A stretch of 64,000 nucleotides of DNA from the human T2T-CHM13v2.0 reference genome, Homo sapiens, in NCBI RefSeq assembly GCF_009914755.1, contig NC_060928.1. One strand, written 5' to 3'. The position numbers were made by a program, and so were the translations under genes. The notes beneath the pieces are model-generated. The model was not told the DNA's origin, ran no database searches, and saw nothing but the letters and a program-made list of their open reading frames with translations. This document shows, in pieces, positions 59,045 to 64,000 of this stretch (position 1 is its first letter; each line of letters starts with the position of its first letter).

Positions 59045-61756
59045 AGATATTTGAATTTGGGAATTTTGGGTTTTTCTCATATTATGTCATTTAATTTTTT
59101 CAGGAAATAAATTTAAAATTCTATATGAAATTCTCATTGACTTTTTGAGAATTCACTGAATCAATCAATGAAAGTATCAGAGATTTTGTCTCTTTTAGTT
59201 CTAAGGCTCTCATCAATGAAGAATTTTGTTAAAGCCAAAAATACGAACATGGACCATTATAATTTTTTTTTCTTGCATAAAATAATTGTACTCAGTCAAA
59301 TGTAGCAAGTATTGTAATTGAAATGAGTGTATATGAAATGACAACATTCACAGCAGAGACTTGGAATGGTCCTAGAATTGGTTGTCCTCAGAGTTGTCTA
59401 AGAGTTGACAGAGAGAAGAAAATATGATGAAGCCTTTTCAACAGATGAAACAAGATAATAGCATGGCACAGTATGTGACACAGGGCCATTTGTTAGCCAT
59501 TCATCTGAAACATGACTAAAATAATATAAACAGTAGTCTGAATGACCCAGTTGTAAAGTTGTGAATAACTCTGTCAACAAAAATTTTTGCATTCCCACAG
59601 ACAAACCACTAAATAAAGACAAATGTCAACCTCTCAGCAATTGCCTTTCAGTTATGAAGAATAAATGGCTCTGGATAGAAACAATTTAAATGGCTGTAAA
59701 ACTGATATTAACCACATGGCTGAGAAACAGAAAGCAAAGCTCCCATTTGTTGCTTGGCTGGAACATCCCAAGGCAGATGAGATTTGCAGGCCCAGCACAA
59801 AAGGCCTCTTAGGGACATGATGGATCTTAGTCCATTGGCTTCACTGGTTAAAATGTAGCATACAAATCTTGGTGGGATCTCAAGAAAAACAGTTAAAAGG
59901 GAAATAAAATGCTTATAAGTATGTAATTTTATTAAAACAAGTTGTTACTTTTATAAAAGACTTCTGAAATAAAGAACTTGTCAAATAAAGAGAATGATGA
60001 AACTTAACAGCTAAAATTTGATCATTGATTGGTGAGCTGTTCCTGTCTCTGGGAAGGTAAAACAGAATATTCTCTTTCTTTTATGAGTTATCTTGGACTC
60101 TAGAACTTTTAGAGGTTCCCCTTTATCTTTTCTTTTTTGGTTATTTTGGAAGGCAAGGCTTATAAAAATATAAAACCTTTTTTGAGCGATGTTATGAGAT
60201 GGGCTCAATGTTGGATACAGCTAAGGCAAGAATAAAAATGTTAGATTATCTTTTCTCTTTTTTGAATAATTTAATGAAGATGTGAATTGTTCTCAACAGC
60301 TGATCATATGAGATAAGGAAATAAAACGTGGTTAAAAATTATCGGAGGCCATCAGTATAGCTATCATTACATCTGATGTTGCATCAAAAATCTTTTAAAG
60401 AAGATAGGATGAACTGTGGAAAAACCTGTTTGGAGAAAGTGATAATAGTACTTTCACAATATTTAGTTAGTCAGTAGCATATTTTAAAAATTAAAGAAAA
60501 AAGTGCACATATTTCAGGATGTGCTATATTAGCCAACAAGCATTTTCTGCCAACAATCTTCCTAGAGAGTTGTCAGAGAAATCTAACCTTACAAAAGCTG
60601 CCAGTTATTTATAAAACAGTGGCTTAAACCTAAAGGATACCTTGGTTGTACAGAACAGACTCCAGATTACTATTAATAAATGCTTTCTATGCCGAATTCC
60701 ATATGATCAAAGGAATCAGACACATGTTTTGCTGATTGCTGCATACCTACAGAAAGGATATCTTAATGTTAAATGTTGCAGATTTGGATGATACATTTGA
60801 ATCTCTGGATATACTGACACCCATAACTCCTAAAAGAAAACATCAGGACTGCTGTTCATTATGAAGCAACTCTTATGTTCTGGGCAGAACCCACGGAAGA
60901 GAAAAGAAAATGGAGCTAACAGTTCATTTGTTTTCTTGCCTTGACATTTTTCAAGGAAACATTAAAAAAAAATTTTAGGAGTAGTAATCTCACTTAATTT
61001 TGGCAGGATATATTCCTATACTAAGCTTTCCTCTTGGTGGTTGGAAGTCCCATTTGGATCTTCAAAGAGCCCTCTTCTCACAGGCAATCAGCATCATTAG
61101 ATAATCACTCAAGGAATTTTGTTTCAGCAGCAAAAGAAAATTTCCAAGTAAAATTACTTAGGAGAACTCTGGAATAAAATAAATTGAGGTTTTCTCATAT
61201 TTTAATTTTTCTAAAAACATATTTGTAAGAACTTTCACTTTTTGGCAATAATACAGAACAGACCACCCAGCCCGGTCTTACAAATTTATACTATCAAAGA
61301 TGGAGAGGAATGATGCAAATAGCATCTATGTTCATGTCAATACTACATGATTAAGTAAAGTGAACATCTTTTGAAATCAGAATATTGTTTTCTTTTAGAT
61401 TTCTGATAAATTATTTTTAGTTTTATTTTATTTTGAAGTTTTACTAAACATTAAAAAATCAGTACAGAAAAGATGAGCTTAAGTTAATTGAATGAAATAA
61501 TTTTACTGACATTTTTCTGTCTGATATGAGAAACTTAGCACTTTACCCCTTCTTTTGTACAAATTTTTACTATAATATAAAATTTGAGATTTTAGATTTA
61601 CATTCCTATTCACTATGAATTTTTATTTTAATGATTATTTTTTGAAATTGCATTTTTACAACTACAGTGAGATACTTGGGGGTAATTTTCTATTTTAGGT
61701 TTTCTGCTAACTGTTCATTTGTAGTACTACTACTTATATACATTTTATTTTTTGTA

Positions 61757-62655
61757 ACACTTTATTTTTTGGAGCAGTTTTAGGCTCACAGAAATATTGA
61801 GTAGAAGGCACAGAGATTGCATACATACCTGCTGCCCCTACAGCTGCACAGACTCAACTCTTACATTATCATCATTCTTCACCATAGTGGTACATTTGTC
61901 ATGTTTGATAAACCTATAATTAACACATTATGATCAATCAAAGTCCTTAGTTCACATTAGGTTTCACTCTGGGTGTTTTATGTACTATAGGCTTGCACGA
62001 TGACATGCACACACTATTAAAGGATGAGACTAATTTCACTGTCCTAAAAATCTTTGCCATCCATTCATCCTCCCTGTGCAACCCCTGGAAACCAATAATC
62101 TTTTAACTGTCGCCTGAGTTATGTTTTTTCCAAAATGTCATATCCATCCAGTATTTAGCCTTTTCAGATTAGCTTCTTTCACTTAGCAATATGCATTTAT
62201 GGCCTTTCCATATCTTTTCATGGCTTGATAGCTCACCTCTTTTTAGCTTAATAATATTCCATTGTCTGAATGTACTAGAGTTTATTTATCCAGTCACCTA
62301 CTGAAAGACACATTGGTTGCTTTCAATTTTGGCAATTACGAATAAAGCTGCTATAAATGTCCATGTGTAGGTTTTTTTGTGGACATAAGTTTTCAACTCC
62401 TTTGCGTAAATACCAAGGAGTTCAGTTGCTAAATCCTATGGTAAGGGTATGTTTAGTTTTGTAAGAAATTGCCAACCTGTTTTCCAAAGAGGCTGTATCA
62501 TTTTTGATTCCCATCAGCAATGAATGAGAATTCCTGTTGCTCCACATTCTTGTCAGCATTTGGTATTGTCAGTGTTCTGGAATTTGGCCATTCTAATAGG
62601 TGTGTAGTTGTATGTTCATGTTGTTTTAATTTGTATTTCCCTAATGACATAATGC
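61757..62655 (-). mobile_element. L1MC1-like 3' end
   Basis: 'gagcagttttaggctcacag', 'ttttcagattagcttctttcacttagcaatatgcatt', 'cccatcagcaatgaatgagaattcctgttgctccaca'. Confidence 0.88.
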
Positions 62656-62661
62656 TCTACA

Positions 62662-63025
62662 TGCTATACATTAAATATTTGTGTTCCCCCAAAATCCATT
62701 TGTTGAAATTCTAACACCCATGACGATGGTATTAGGAAGTAGGATCTTTAAGACATGATTAAATTCTGAGGCTGGAGCCTTTATTAATGGGATAAGCACT
62801 CTTATAAAAGAGGCCCCACAAAGAGATTCCTTACCCTTTTAACCATAAGATGTTATAGCCAAAAGATACTGTGCATGAATTGGGAAGTGGACCCTCGCCA
62901 GACACCAAATTTTCTGATGTCTTTGATCTTGGACTACCCAGCCTACAGAAAAATGAGAAAATCTGTTGTTTATAAGCCACCCAGTCTGTGCTTTTCTATT
63001 ATAGAAAACAAAACAGAATAGGACA
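62662..63025 (+). mobile_element. MLT1A0-like MaLR LTR
   Basis: 'tgctatacattaaatatttgtgttcccccaaaatc...gccagacaccaaat...ttgtttataagccacccagtct...gaataggaca'. Confidence 0.88.
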
Positions 63026-64000
63026 GTGCATTTTTGAGTTCTTTATTTTGATACACATTTCACCGAGAATATATAGGTAGGTAAATTTCTTGTTAAGGGT
63101 CTTAGCATTTTTTAGAATGTCTTTTGTTTTATTTGAGTAATAGTGGATCTGTTATGCACTGCATTCAACATTTTTTATGAATTAGCAAGAAAGGTTTTAT
63201 TTCACTAGCCTCACATTCTGATCCCATTTTTCTCACTTAATGAATTTATGCTATAGCATTATATAGGTAAGATATTATTTAATCTATCAGTGATTAGCAT
63301 TTTTCTTATTTAGATGGTATTACATAATAGCACAGGGTATAAACACCTGAAAATTACACAGAAAATAACAAGAGGAGCAATTTGAGCAGTAAAAACATAT
63401 GTACTATGAAGTAACTGTAGTATTAGAGAAAAATAGTTCTTAAAATCAGACATCTTTATTTCTACTTCTTTTTCTATAGACAGTACAATGACTATATAAA
63501 ATGTTACAATGCACATATAGATCTGAGTTAAGCAATGTCTATTATTTTTATTTTTAAACATTTTGTCATTTTCCCCAACACTGTGAATGCTGCTTTGAAT
63601 TAAACATTTCAGTAGAAATCAAAGACATGTTTATACAGCTTGAGCTGCAACAGTTTGCCTTATAAAATACCTTGCAAATAAATAATGATATACATATTTT
63701 TGCCTAAACTCTTCAGGAAACGCATTGAGATTTAAAGCTCCTTTCAGACAATGACCAAAGCAGACAAGACCCTCTGGAGTCCTCTATTTTCTGAAGTGTT
63801 CCAGCACGATGCTTTTTGATGATCAGCTGTTTCCCTGTGTGTTGAGCTTAACTTGTTGGGTTGTATTTTCCTTGTTAAATGTCGAACTTTTTATTCGTTT
63901 ACTTGTTTTACAAACAAAATTACAACTACTCAATCTCTTCAATTTTGACAATGTCTTACCAACAAAATTATAACTACTCAATCTCTTACTTATTGAAACA

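Overview
This is AT-rich primate genomic DNA, probably hominoid and plausibly human, given the AluJ/S/Y elements and an L1PA4-type 3' end. It looks like an intergenic or deep-intronic region. I can support no protein-coding exon, RNA gene or CRISPR array; the ORF track is mostly Alu-, L1- and LTR-derived or chance ORFs. The window is a layered transposon fossil record: about 15 Alus, L1PA/L1MA/L1MC/old L1, L2, MIR, MaLR (THE1, MLT1), ERV1/ERVL LTRs, MER1A/B, MER20 and Hsmar2, many with readable target-site duplications (TSDs). Four observations stand out. (1) A highly decayed plus-strand provirus at about 56.2-60.9 kb has collinear protease, RT, RNase H, integrase and env-TM motif remnants and predates an MLT2 insertion. 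(2) A ~400 bp, ~80% identical non-LTR direct repeat (37920-38318 and 44383-44792) brackets a 5'-truncated ERV1 fragment. (3) An L1PA carries a 14-nt twin-priming micro-inversion at its 5' end. (4) One AluY has an unusual substitution pattern. All subfamily names are from memory of consensus sequences and were not checked by database search.
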